Shown here: piece by piece, positions 1 to 9,272 of the stretch | Position numbering within the stretch: position 1 is the first letter of the stretch | Layout: every line of letters begins with the position of its first letter | Assembly (NCBI GenBank): GCA_964490495.1 | Contig: CAZBCV010000001.1 | Span: forward strand, 3,057 to 44,532 | Direction of reading: 5' to 3' | Origin: an uncultured Aureispira sp. | GTDB taxonomy: Bacteria > Bacteroidota > Bacteroidia > Chitinophagales > Saprospiraceae | Length of the DNA stretch: 41,476 nucleotides | Made by a program: the position numbers and the translations under genes | Notes under the pieces: generated by a model | Told to the model about the DNA's origin: nothing | The model's input: only the letters and a program-made list of their open reading frames with translations | Database searches by the model: none

Positions 1-91
1 ACAAGGCCAAATATGTTTATCGAAGAAAAAAGAAAGTGAAGAAAATATATTGGAATATATTGAGACTCAAAAAAAGTTTTATGAAATCTAG
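1..91 (+). CDS. 3' end of an unidentified upstream CDS (partial, runs off the window)
   Basis: The frame starting at nt 2 is open to TAG at 89-91 (..ESEENILEYIETQKKFYEI*). A strong hairpin terminator follows 28 nt later. A second frame is also open to 93-95, so the frame choice is uncertain. Confidence 0.3.
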   Translation, partial: QGQICLSKKKESEENILEYIETQKKFYEI

Positions 92-111
92 CTAGTGCTC
101 TGACTAGAAAT

Positions 112-153
112 AAAAAAAGGGGCTAAATAATTTTTACTTAGCCCCTTTTTTTT
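112..153. terminator. Bidirectional rho-independent terminator
   Basis: GGGGCTAA (119-126) pairs with TTAGCCCC (138-145). The stem is flanked by an A-run (112-118) and a T-run (146-153). It lies between convergent genes. Confidence 0.7.
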
Positions 154-171
154 AGAGAATTAATTTTTCAA

Positions 172-765
172 TTAAAATTCGAAGGTATATCTGTAACCTA
201 AACCAATGTTTAATGATCCTAAAGCTTTGTCGTTTACCTGAGCTTCTTCTATTGTAAATTTAGCAGGTAATATATACTGTGCACCAATAAAAAACCCACC
301 AAAACTCAAACCGATTTCTGGCATGATACCAAAACCACTACCATTAGTTTCTTTTACTACAGTTGTACTACCACTACCATCTGTAATTGTTAATTCAGGT
401 GTTAGTAATTGAACCAAGCCCAAAGTGAGACTGGCATAAGGTGTAAAACCTTCTGGTTTTAAAGTATACCTTGCTTTTGCACCAATTAAACGCATACCGA
501 AAACATCAATGTCGCCATCTCCTGCTCCTGCTAATATTGATCCAGTATAACCTAATCCCACTCCTAAATTTGGTTTTATGTGATAAAGTACATCACCCGT
601 GTAAGTAAGTCCACCATTTAAATTTAGGTCCTCTGCTTTATCACTAACACCTGAACCTCCAGGTGACGCCCAACCTAAAAAACCCGCAGCAGAAACGACT
701 TTTTGACCTACAAGTGACATTGCAGATAACATAAAAAAGCTAATAATTAAAAAATGAATTTTCAT
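172..765 (-). CDS. Outer-membrane beta-barrel protein (porin/OmpW-like fold, family not identified)
   Basis: N-terminal signal peptide MKIHFLIISFFMLSAMSLVGQ. Gly/aromatic-rich alternating strands. C-terminal ..GYRYTFEF ends in Phe, as is typical of OMP beta-barrels. Confidence 0.75.
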   Translation of the reverse strand: MKIHFLIISFFMLSAMSLVGQKVVSAAGFLGWASPGGSGVSDKAEDLNLNGGLTYTGDVLYHIKPNLGVGLGYTGSILAGAGDGDIDVFGMRLIGAKARYTLKPEGFTPYASLTLGLVQLLTPELTITDGSGSTTVVKETNGSGFGIMPEIGLSFGGFFIGAQYILPAKFTIEEAQVNDKALGSLNIGLGYRYTFEF

Positions 766-809
766 AAAATTTGGTTTTAATTGTTATTAAAATAAAATGC
801 AAAGGTAAA

Positions 810-817
810 AGAATTAA
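810..817 (-). promoter_or_regulatory. Bacteroidota-type -7 promoter box (TACCTTTG on the minus strand)
   Basis: Exact TAnnTTTG match 45 nt upstream of the OMP start at 765. Confidence 0.4.
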
Positions 818-1187
818 CATAATAATAAAAAAAATTACTATTTAATAAATATTTTTTTCCATAACCCATAAAATCTATTAGAAAGTACATCCTAAATTTT
901 CAACCAATTATCTTTTTGTTTTTAACTAACATATTGTTGTAAAACACTATATAGATTATGCATTTACGAATATGTAAAACACTATATTTAATGGGAACTC
1001 ATTAAATTATTATAGGTTTATGTGTAATAATAATAAAAAATTTAAAATAAAATGAGGCTGTAATAAAACTTTATTTATACAAATTAATAACTTGATTCTA
1101 TTAAAAATGTAGCTCCAGATTTCTCTATTGTTTTACCTACTTCACTAAAAGATTATCAATTATAGTTGCTATTTTATTCAAAATATC

Positions 1188-1195
1188 TATATTTG
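1188..1195 (+). promoter_or_regulatory. Bacteroidota-type -7 promoter box (TATATTTG)
   Basis: Exact TAnnTTTG match with TTG at 1166-1168 (about -33). It lies 52 nt upstream of the YitT-family start. Confidence 0.4.
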
Positions 1196-1246
1196 CATTT
1201 AAATATTTATGACACATTATTTATTAACCCCTTAAATACAAAATAA

Positions 1247-2146
1247 GTGAGTCAATCAACACATCACCAAAAAATTAATTTTAAACAAGTTTTTAACCCA
1301 AAATCACTCATGTTTATTGTTTTAGGTGTAATCAGTGCCACCGTAGCTTTACAAGGGTTTATGATACCTAACCATTTTCTAGATGGTGGTGTAACAGGTA
1401 TTTCTATCTTAATACATGAATATTTTGATTTTCCAATTTATATTTTACTATTACTCCTCAATATACCTTTTGTGTTTATAGGTTATAAAAAAATTGGCAA
1501 AACCTTTGCTGTTCAAACCTCTATTGCTATTATTCTTTTGACTATCAGTATGTATTTTATCAAAATTCCTGATGCCTTTACAAATGATAAATTATTGATA
1601 GCTATTTTTGGCGGTTTGTTAATTGGTCTTGGTATTGGGCTGGTCATAAAGGGTGGTGCTGTCATAGATGGATTAGAAGTTTTAGCTGACTATACCCATA
1701 AAAAATCCGGATTTTCTACATCGGAAGTAATATTATCTATAAATTCAATTTTGTTCCTCGGAATAGCTTTTAAGTTTGGAATTGAGTCTGCCATGTATTC
1801 TATTTTGACCTATTATACTGCTATGAAAATATCGGATTATGTAGTAGATGGTTTTGAAGAATTTACGGCCCTATCCATCATTTCAAAAGAACACGAGACC
1901 ATTAAATCGGTCATCGTGAATGATTTCAATAAGGCCATAACCGTCTATAAGGGTGAAAGAGGTTATTTACCAGGTAAGTTTGATATCTCTCATGATTGCG
2001 ACATCGTGATGACAATTGTCACAAGATTAGAAATTCATCGTTTGAGACAAGCTTTGACTGAAGTAGATCCACAAGCTTTCTTTTTTGTACAATCCATCAA
2101 AGAAGTAAAAGGTGGAGTGGTAAGTAAAATTAAAGCCCATCACTAA
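1247..2146 (+). CDS. YitT-family membrane protein (C-terminal DUF2179-like domain)
   Basis: Several TM helices with the LDGGVTGISIL motif, followed by a soluble C-terminal domain (ITVYKGERGY..IVMTIVTRLE). GTG start. Confidence 0.8.
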   Translation: MSQSTHHQKINFKQVFNPKSLMFIVLGVISATVALQGFMIPNHFLDGGVTGISILIHEYFDFPIYILLLLLNIPFVFIGYKKIGKTFAVQTSIAIILLTISMYFIKIPDAFTNDKLLIAIFGGLLIGLGIGLVIKGGAVIDGLEVLADYTHKKSGFSTSEVILSINSILFLGIAFKFGIESAMYSILTYYTAMKISDYVVDGFEEFTALSIISKEHETIKSVIVNDFNKAITVYKGERGYLPGKFDISHDCDIVMTIVTRLEIHRLRQALTEVDPQAFFFVQSIKEVKGGVVSKIKAHH

Positions 2147-2223
2147 AAGTCAGAATTCATTGTATTTCTAACAAATACTTGATTTTAAGTTTTATTCTCT
2201 TTTATTAGAAAAGTTCCTTCTAT

Positions 2224-3375
2224 TTAATAAAGAATAGTTTCTATTTTAATTCCTTCATTTTTTAGTCTAGTAACTAAGTCATTACCAAAAGCTTCTACGG
2301 GTGTCAATACACCATATGTAATTGTACCTATTTTACGTTTTTGATTCAATGCAAAAGCCGCTTGGGAAAACATTTTGGACGTCTCGTCATAGCCTGGATC
2401 ACCACCCGAAAAAGTTGTTTTTGCGGTTTTTTCACCAGATTTACCTATACAAATGACTTCAAACTTTGATTTAGACCTCCGCTCTGCATCAGGTCCAGTT
2501 CCTGGTTGAAATTTTCTTAAAAGCATTTCTCTAAAGGGTTTAAATTTTATACCTATCATAGTGATAGCTATAGGTATAATGGTCTTGACTACCTTCATGA
2601 AATTTTTACTCAACCAAAACTGGGCATAAGAAGTCGCCTCCCCGTAGTCTTTTGGCATTCTATATATACCTCGCTTGACAATATGTGGATCCACCACCGG
2701 CATAGGAAGTGCCCAATAGTTCACATCTTTATTATAATGTATTTTAAGGGGTATTTTTGGCGCATCAGGATGTCTAGGTATTTTAGTTTTGTAAGAAACT
2801 TTTAGAGCATCATTGTGTAAAGCATTGATGGCCGTTGTCAAAGTTCCGCCCGAAAAAGTTGCATTTGTTCGAACAAAACCATATAAACTTTTAGGCAAAT
2901 TGTGAGGAAGTGCTTTTGCAGTCAGCCATGCTGCATAATCAGCAGGTATGCTGTCGAAACCACAACAATTGACAATACATACTTTTTGGGCCTCAGCTTT
3001 GTAGAAAAAGTCATCATATACTTGTGCTACAAAAGAAGGCTCTCCAGTGATATCCAAGTAATGAGTTGATGCAGAAATGCAAGCATTTACAACTGGTAAT
3101 CCATATAAAGCAAATGGTCCAGCAGCATTCATGACTACATGCCCTTGGCTTATGATCTCATGTAGATGAGCAGGATTGTTAATGTCCGCCACCAAAATAT
3201 CAGGTTTTTGACCCGATATAGAAAGGTGTAGTGCTTCTAACTTTTCCTTGTTTCTGCCAGCTATAGCCCAAGTAATATTTTCCTTGATTGCATGGTGTGA
3301 GATATATTCTGCTGTAATCTGTCCTGTGAAACCTGTGGCTCCAAAGAGGATGATGTCGTATGTACGTTGGGACAT
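2224..3375 (-). CDS. Saccharopine dehydrogenase family oxidoreductase (NAD(P)-binding; trans-acting enoyl reductase-like)
   Basis: N-terminal Rossmann motif YDIILFGATGFTGQ. Overall length and layout match saccharopine dehydrogenase-like proteins. Confidence 0.8.
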   Translation of the reverse strand: MSQRTYDIILFGATGFTGQITAEYISHHAIKENITWAIAGRNKEKLEALHLSISGQKPDILVADINNPAHLHEIISQGHVVMNAAGPFALYGLPVVNACISASTHYLDITGEPSFVAQVYDDFFYKAEAQKVCIVNCCGFDSIPADYAAWLTAKALPHNLPKSLYGFVRTNATFSGGTLTTAINALHNDALKVSYKTKIPRHPDAPKIPLKIHYNKDVNYWALPMPVVDPHIVKRGIYRMPKDYGEATSYAQFWLSKNFMKVVKTIIPIAITMIGIKFKPFREMLLRKFQPGTGPDAERRSKSKFEVICIGKSGEKTAKTTFSGGDPGYDETSKMFSQAAFALNQKRKIGTITYGVLTPVEAFGNDLVTRLKNEGIKIETILY

Positions 3376-3388
3376 TTTAATGTTTTTG

Positions 3389-3910
3389 TTATACTACGGG
3401 CTCTTCCTTTTTCATGATTACCGCAATGATGGCACTTGGTATAAGCCCAAATAATATATTTTGTAAACCTTGAAGTAAAAAATTAAAAGGTGTAAATTTG
3501 CTCTCCATTTCTTCTTCTGCTTTTTCGATGGAATCTGCAATCGTATTTTCATCTGCTCCAAATTTTTCAAACATGTCTCTTGTAGAATCCATAGCCATTT
3601 CCGCCATTTTTTCAGGAAGAGAAGTGTCTATTAGGTTCATCCATATTAAAGTGAACAATATACTTATCACACTACCTACTACACCCGTAAAAAATACGGT
3701 TTTAAAAGCCTCCCCAAAATTGATAAATCCACCATTTTTCTCTCTATGATCTTTAGCCGCAAGCACCATAACTACAATATAAGTAAGTACACTAATTCCT
3801 AATTGTGTCCAGATACCCATTGGAAACACATAAAAACTTATTATAGCTAAAACAATAGAAACGGCCGCAAGTATTAAGCCATATTTAACCCAAGAAGTAT
3901 TTAAATCCAT
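3389..3910 (-). CDS. DUF4199-like small membrane protein
   Basis: 173 aa with 4-5 TM segments and an acidic loop, the layout typical of Bacteroidota DUF4199 proteins. It follows the upstream gene by 12 nt. Confidence 0.6.
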   Translation of the reverse strand: MDLNTSWVKYGLILAAVSIVLAIISFYVFPMGIWTQLGISVLTYIVVMVLAAKDHREKNGGFINFGEAFKTVFFTGVVGSVISILFTLIWMNLIDTSLPEKMAEMAMDSTRDMFEKFGADENTIADSIEKAEEEMESKFTPFNFLLQGLQNILFGLIPSAIIAVIMKKEEPVV

Positions 3911-3922
3911 TTTGTTTTGATT

Positions 3923-5518
3923 TTAATGTTTAATAAAGGGTAAAATTAATGAATCTGTTTCAATTTCATTGTTTTTAAGTTGATAATTTCTAAAAATTTT
4001 AATAAAATGGACATTTTTGTCTAACGAATCTAAAGAAAAAATACACTTTATTCCTTGCTCCCCAAAGTGAGGATGTCTGTAAAAAAAACAGTTATCCAAA
4101 GGATATGAGTCATCATTGATCTTAATAGACAAATTAGACACAGTTGCTCTTTTTAATTGAATCATATATTCTTCTCTAGACTTAATGAGTTGTGCCGCTA
4201 TAAGTTGTGACAATTGTGATGCATTAGCTTCCAAAGAATCTATTTGAACTTGATATTCAGGGCTGGAATTTTTTCGTAAAAGCCTTCTTATATTTCTTTT
4301 TTCCTCATTGATAGTTTTTAATTGATTTTCCCAATCTTCTACTTGTTTTTTTATATTTGGGGCAACAAAATATTTATCTTCATACTCAAAAAAGCGGATT
4401 CCTTTTTTATAAATGGGTTCTAAATTCTCGTTATTTTCAAGATTTCTAACAGTTGATTTTGTTTGTTTAAAAAAGACCTCCATAACGTCTCCATCTAAAT
4501 GATATTTGGACAACGAAACCCAAGGTAGAAATTCTTTTTTATTATTTGTTGGTTTAATAGACGAATCATGAAGTAAGTTTTTTCTCAAATCATCATAATA
4601 ATAATCATCAATCATATGGCCATTCTCCATTAGAATAGTATCACTCGGCATATAGGGATTTGTTCGATTATTGACGACATTTTCATGAAAAATTAAAATA
4701 AATAAATAAGGTATAGAAAAGTAAAAAAACTTCCGAGTGTAGTTGTTGTCTAAAAAATTGTACAACAAGGGTCTATATAAAAAAGATAATGTAATCGTAC
4801 TGTAAAATCTGTAAATATAAAAATATGTTTTTGAAAAAATATTATCATTTATTTTTTTGAAGACCCCATTAAATAATAAATCAAAAAAAACTAATATACC
4901 TAAAATAAAATATATCATAAAGATGAATACTACAAACGGGGACTGAGTAGAAACCTCTACATCATTACCTCCTGTTTGGCTTTGGTATCCAGCTTGGAAA
5001 GAGTCCAAAAGACTCATAATGAGCACGCCAAAACCCATAAAAAAGAGAACAGAAACAAAAATGAGAAATAATAAAAATGTAAAGGAAAAAATAGTACTAC
5101 AGAATCGTTCTAATCGCTCAATATAGTCATCAAAACTTCCCATTTTTTTGTGCAAATATTCCTGAAAGCGATTAGAATAACCCAATGAATTATAATCAAT
5201 GTCTCCCGAAACAGATCTTAATCCTATGGCACCTATCCACAAGGCCCTAAAAATGACATGAATGATGAGATTTATAAAAAAGAGCTTCCATCCTACATTA
5301 AGAATGAGATTGAAAAAATGCAGAATATAATTTGGTGTGCTACCAGTCAACTGCTCATACCTAATAAACTCAAATTCTTTTAAAAACGGTTTCAAAGAAT
5401 ATATAGCAAAGATAGCAAAACCCGATATAATAAGCTCTAGATGCCACGACTCTTGTTGGAGTTTTTCTAGCCAATTTTTAAAAAGGATTTTGTCCTCTGA
5501 TACATTTTCTGGTTTCAT
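3923..5518 (-). CDS. Hypothetical polytopic membrane protein with a coiled-coil C-terminal domain
   Basis: 531-aa ORF. About 6-8 hydrophobic helices fill the first 300 aa. A predicted coiled coil follows (EDWENQLKTINEEKRNIRRLL..QLSQLIAAQLIKSREEY). I recognise no family. Confidence 0.65.
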   Translation of the reverse strand: MKPENVSEDKILFKNWLEKLQQESWHLELIISGFAIFAIYSLKPFLKEFEFIRYEQLTGSTPNYILHFFNLILNVGWKLFFINLIIHVIFRALWIGAIGLRSVSGDIDYNSLGYSNRFQEYLHKKMGSFDDYIERLERFCSTIFSFTFLLFLIFVSVLFFMGFGVLIMSLLDSFQAGYQSQTGGNDVEVSTQSPFVVFIFMIYFILGILVFFDLLFNGVFKKINDNIFSKTYFYIYRFYSTITLSFLYRPLLYNFLDNNYTRKFFYFSIPYLFILIFHENVVNNRTNPYMPSDTILMENGHMIDDYYYDDLRKNLLHDSSIKPTNNKKEFLPWVSLSKYHLDGDVMEVFFKQTKSTVRNLENNENLEPIYKKGIRFFEYEDKYFVAPNIKKQVEDWENQLKTINEEKRNIRRLLRKNSSPEYQVQIDSLEANASQLSQLIAAQLIKSREEYMIQLKRATVSNLSIKINDDSYPLDNCFFYRHPHFGEQGIKCIFSLDSLDKNVHFIKIFRNYQLKNNEIETDSLILPFIKH

Positions 5519-5531
5519 TGTGATTTGATTT

Positions 5532-7133
5532 TTACATTAGGGTGGTTTCTAAATAACTATACATATCCGGGTGGTCCGTATTGTAGTGCAAACCTCTGCT
5601 TTCTTTGCGCATCTGCGCACCTCGTGTTACAAGATAGGCTATTGTAATTAGGTTGCGCAATTCTGAAAGTTGAGGCGAAATAACGGTAGTATGATACAGC
5701 TCTTCGGTTTCAGAATATAACAAATGCAATCTATCCAAAGCTCTCTTTAGTCGCACATCCGTCCGGACAATTCCCACATAATAACTCATAATCTCCTTGA
5801 GCTCTTTTTGAGTTTGTGTAATAAGAACCATTTCTTTGGGCTCCGTGGTGCCCTCTGCATTCCACTTAGGTATATTGGACTGTATCTGCCAATGGTCTAT
5901 TTTATCTAAAAGGTCTTTCTGAATTCTCTCTCCAAAAACGAGACCTTCCAAAAGTGAATTGGAAGCTAATCTATTGGCACCATGAAGACCTGTGTTTGTG
6001 CATTCTCCAGCAGCATAAAGTCTATTAATAGATGTTTTGCCCATTTCGTCAGTCAATATACCCCCACAAATATAATGGCATGCAGGTACTACAGGTATAA
6101 AATCCTTCATGGGGTCTATACCAATACTTCTACATTTGTCCGTAATAGTTGGAAAATGTTTGTAAAACTCCACTTCATCAAGATGGGTACAATCCAAAAA
6201 TTCGTGTTCGTCTCCTCGGGTTTTCATTTCGTTGTCTATGGCACGAGCCACAATATCCCTAGGGGCCAAAGACAATCTTTTGTCATATTTTTGCATAAAC
6301 TCTTCACCATCAGTAGTTTTCAATATACCCCCAAAGCCTCGCACCGCTTCCGATACCAAAAATGAAGGATTGTCTCCTGCTGGATTATACAATGAAGTGG
6401 GATGAAACTGCACAAATTCCATATTGGCTACTCTACCTTTGGCACGATATACCATGGCTATACCATCACCCGTGGCAATAGTAGGATTGGTTGTGCTTCG
6501 ATACACCTGACCTGCTCCACCCGTAGCCAAAATTGTAGCTTTTGCCAATATGGTCTCAATGATATTGGTTTTCTTATTGAGGACATAAGCTCCATAACAT
6601 TCAATATCCTGTGTCAGCCTTGTCACATTTTTTCCTAAGTGATGTTGAGTAATGATATCTATTGCAAAATAATACTCGTGAAACTCTATATTGGGAAATT
6701 GACGAACTTTTTCATTAAGCGCCCGCTGAATTTCCCAACCAGTAAGGTCTTTATAATGCAAAATACGGTTTTCTGAATGGCCTCCTTCACGACCTAAACT
6801 ATATTTTCCATCATTCTTTTTATCAAATCTGGCACCCCAGTTTATGATTTCTTGTACCCTTTGAGGGCCTTCTTTGACTACTATTTCTACTATTTTTGGA
6901 TTACAAAGGCCATCTCCAGCATCCAATGTGTCTTCAATGTGTTTTTGATAATCATCTACGTTCTCATCCCATACTGCGGCTACACCTCCTTGAGCATAAC
7001 TTGTATTGGATTCCTTTTCATTTGATTTGGTTAAAACCATAATCTTTAAGTCAGGTCGCGCCTCAGCCATTTTTATAGCAAATGTAAAACCCGCTACTCC
7101 TGCACCTATTACTAAAACATCTGTTTGTATCAC
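5532..7133 (-). CDS. nadB: L-aspartate oxidase
   Basis: FAD motif DVLVIGAGVAGF, plus HPT, GGI and RxxxNSLLE segments characteristic of NadB/succinate dehydrogenase flavoproteins. 533 aa. Confidence 0.92.
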   Translation of the reverse strand: MIQTDVLVIGAGVAGFTFAIKMAEARPDLKIMVLTKSNEKESNTSYAQGGVAAVWDENVDDYQKHIEDTLDAGDGLCNPKIVEIVVKEGPQRVQEIINWGARFDKKNDGKYSLGREGGHSENRILHYKDLTGWEIQRALNEKVRQFPNIEFHEYYFAIDIITQHHLGKNVTRLTQDIECYGAYVLNKKTNIIETILAKATILATGGAGQVYRSTTNPTIATGDGIAMVYRAKGRVANMEFVQFHPTSLYNPAGDNPSFLVSEAVRGFGGILKTTDGEEFMQKYDKRLSLAPRDIVARAIDNEMKTRGDEHEFLDCTHLDEVEFYKHFPTITDKCRSIGIDPMKDFIPVVPACHYICGGILTDEMGKTSINRLYAAGECTNTGLHGANRLASNSLLEGLVFGERIQKDLLDKIDHWQIQSNIPKWNAEGTTEPKEMVLITQTQKELKEIMSYYVGIVRTDVRLKRALDRLHLLYSETEELYHTTVISPQLSELRNLITIAYLVTRGAQMRKESRGLHYNTDHPDMYSYLETTLM

Positions 7134-7404
7134 CAGTTAAAAATTTATTTATAAATCCATAATGTAACAGTTTTCTAACAATTTGTTTCAATAAAATCGT
7201 CAAATAAACATTATACCTTAAAAATCAAATCAAATATTAAACAATTGAGCTTTAATATAATTATATCTTCAAAGTCAAATTAAACCAACTATTATGCCAT
7301 TCTTTTCTATTTTTTTGTTGACCTACTTTGGGAGTTTCTTTTCAAGTTGGGATATTGCATCTTCTTCACATTTTACACAACCCACAATTAAACAAAATAA
7401 TATC

Positions 7405-7911
7405 ATGATTAAAAAATATACGGCCTATAACTTTTGGGCGAATCAACAAATGGCGCAATGGATGGAAAATTTGCCTGATTCACTTTTTGCAAAAGAAATT
7501 GAATCTAGTTTTCCAAGTCTTGAAGCGACAGTACATCATATATGGAACGCCGAGGCTGGATGGCTCAATCACATTCAAGACCAAGCATGGGGTGAAGCTC
7601 CCTCAAAAAACTTTGTGGGAAAAACTAATGACGTACTCAAAGAATGGCTAAAAACATCTGAAGCTTTTGACGCTTTCACACAAAATATGTCTGAGGAACA
7701 ACTTTTGAAAACTAAAACCAATACATCTAATGGACAAATAACTTCTTATATTGATATGATTCATCACTGTATGAACCATTCTACATATCATAGAGGACAG
7801 CTTATCACCATGGGCAGACAGTTGGGGCTAAAAAACCCACCTAGAACTGACTTTATATATTATGTGCGCATAAAACAAACTGAGCTTTCAGCCGAAAACA
7901 AAGTAGATTGA
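7405..7911 (+). CDS. DinB-family protein
   Basis: YNFWANQQM near the N-terminus and HHCMNHSTYHRGQL near the C-terminus, the DinB four-helix-bundle His triad. I place the start at ATG 7405. The 37 codons upstream (7294-7404) are low-complexity and look non-coding. Confidence 0.8.
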   Translation: MIKKYTAYNFWANQQMAQWMENLPDSLFAKEIESSFPSLEATVHHIWNAEAGWLNHIQDQAWGEAPSKNFVGKTNDVLKEWLKTSEAFDAFTQNMSEEQLLKTKTNTSNGQITSYIDMIHHCMNHSTYHRGQLITMGRQLGLKNPPRTDFIYYVRIKQTELSAENKVD

Positions 7912-8175
7912 ATTTTAGCTTGCTTTCGGTATTAAATTAAGTACCTAAAAAAACCTTATTGAATAAACAGACTGAAAAATAGAGGTTATTATTTTTTTTG
8001 GATGGGGTCAAAAGTCCTTCCATTTTAAGGCAAGGATTTAGGATAGGTAAAATTGGAGGAATAATTTTATCCAAAAGAATATAGACCGTTTTCCTTTGGT
8101 TTCGTAAATTGTATTCATTGGCGATGTACCGCTCACTAACTTTCTAAAATAGAAAACCACTATGACACAACGTCA

Positions 8176-9060
8176 TTAAAGAATCATATCTTTATACTTA
8201 ATTATAGTTTTATAACCCTTAGAGGCAAAGTATTCGGCAGGATTTTCATCTTTTGAGGCTGTGGCTAAGACAAAATCACCGCCCCAAGCTCCTAAAGATT
8301 TAATCACACCTTTATAATCTGAGAAAAGGCGATCTTTTACTTTAGCAAAACCTGTGTGATGAGATATTAAATTTTCGTGTTCTGTTAGAAGACTTTCGAA
8401 GTCTCCAAGTGTTTTTGAACCTTGAATGTCTTCTGTGATTTTTGTTATTGCTTTTACTAAAACGGCTTTATTTTTTACGTTTTTAAGATATTCTTTTACA
8501 CTTTGTGAAGTATTTTGCTTTTGGTTTAAATGCACAAAATATAATGAATCTTTAAACTTAGGATTAAAATCCACTTCAGTATAAGCCACTTCATCCGGTG
8601 AATTAAGATATTCAAGAGGTCCTTCCGCAAAGGCACAAGCCACATCATATCCTGAACCTGTCTCAGCTTTGAAATATAGCATTAATGGATTAACATCAGC
8701 CCATTCAGCTACTAAGTAATAAAGTGTGCTACTAGATCCCAATCCCCAATCCAAAGGGAATTCAAGTTTAGTTTCTATTTTTACCCCATTCCATTGTGAC
8801 AAGAATTCAGAATTGAGCCGAACAGCACTTTTTAATATTTTTTGTAAAGTCTCGGAGATGGCCTCATCAGTTGTAGCCAAAGGCGCAAAATCGAAAAGTG
8901 AAATAGTTGATTTGAACCATTTTTTACCATCTTTGTCATAGCTCTCCCACAAAAGGTCAGAACTAGTTGTTCTTTTTACTTCTAAATATTGACCCATTTT
9001 TGTAGGAAGACCCAATGCCTTAGCGCCATCCAAAACTGCATACTCACCCGTGAGCAACAA
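8176..9060 (-). CDS. GHMP kinase of the GYDIA family (mevalonate-pathway-associated kinase). The true start is probably upstream of 9060.
   Basis: Motifs LLLTGEYAVLDGA, GLGSSSTL (the GHMP ATP loop) and GYDVACA. The coordinates use the first canonical start (TTG 9058-9060). See the finding on 9061-9120. Confidence 0.75.
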   Translation of the reverse strand: MLLTGEYAVLDGAKALGLPTKMGQYLEVKRTTSSDLLWESYDKDGKKWFKSTISLFDFAPLATTDEAISETLQKILKSAVRLNSEFLSQWNGVKIETKLEFPLDWGLGSSSTLYYLVAEWADVNPLMLYFKAETGSGYDVACAFAEGPLEYLNSPDEVAYTEVDFNPKFKDSLYFVHLNQKQNTSQSVKEYLKNVKNKAVLVKAITKITEDIQGSKTLGDFESLLTEHENLISHHTGFAKVKDRLFSDYKGVIKSLGAWGGDFVLATASKDENPAEYFASKGYKTIIKYKDMIL

Positions 9061-9148
9061 TTTACCATGTCCGTAGAATTTCGTTTTGATAATAAAAGGT
9101 TTTAAATGTTCAAGAATATCTCACGGTTCGGAATATGAAAATATTGCG

Positions 9149-9156
9149 CAAAAGTA
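9149..9156 (-). promoter_or_regulatory. Bacteroidota-type -7 promoter box (TACTTTTG on the minus strand)
   Basis: Exact TAnnTTTG match about 26 nt upstream of the in-frame stop that opens the kinase reading frame (9121-9123). Confidence 0.4.
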
Positions 9157-9272
9157 TAAAAAGTAATTCTTTTATACAAACTATTTTAAACTTTTTTATT
9201 TATATACTACTCGTTTTATACTGATTTTATATATTCTAAATTTTATTAAATGTCTTTTGATGCGAGTATTTA

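Noticed and set aside
3923-5518. The membrane plus long coiled-coil protein as a ZorA-like or other defence-system component.
   Set aside because: There are no partner genes (no ZorB/MotB-like gene, nuclease, helicase or ATPase). Its neighbours are nadB and ordinary membrane or redox genes, so the architecture alone is insufficient.
7294-7404. 5' extensions offered by the ORF track for DinB (7294-7404), recA (15242-15265), rimP (23907-23972), YraN (26860-26883) and rpiB (34230-34247).
   Set aside because: The extensions are low-complexity or overlap promoter boxes, the leader hairpin or the upstream gene. The internal ATGs give N-termini that match the expected family starts.
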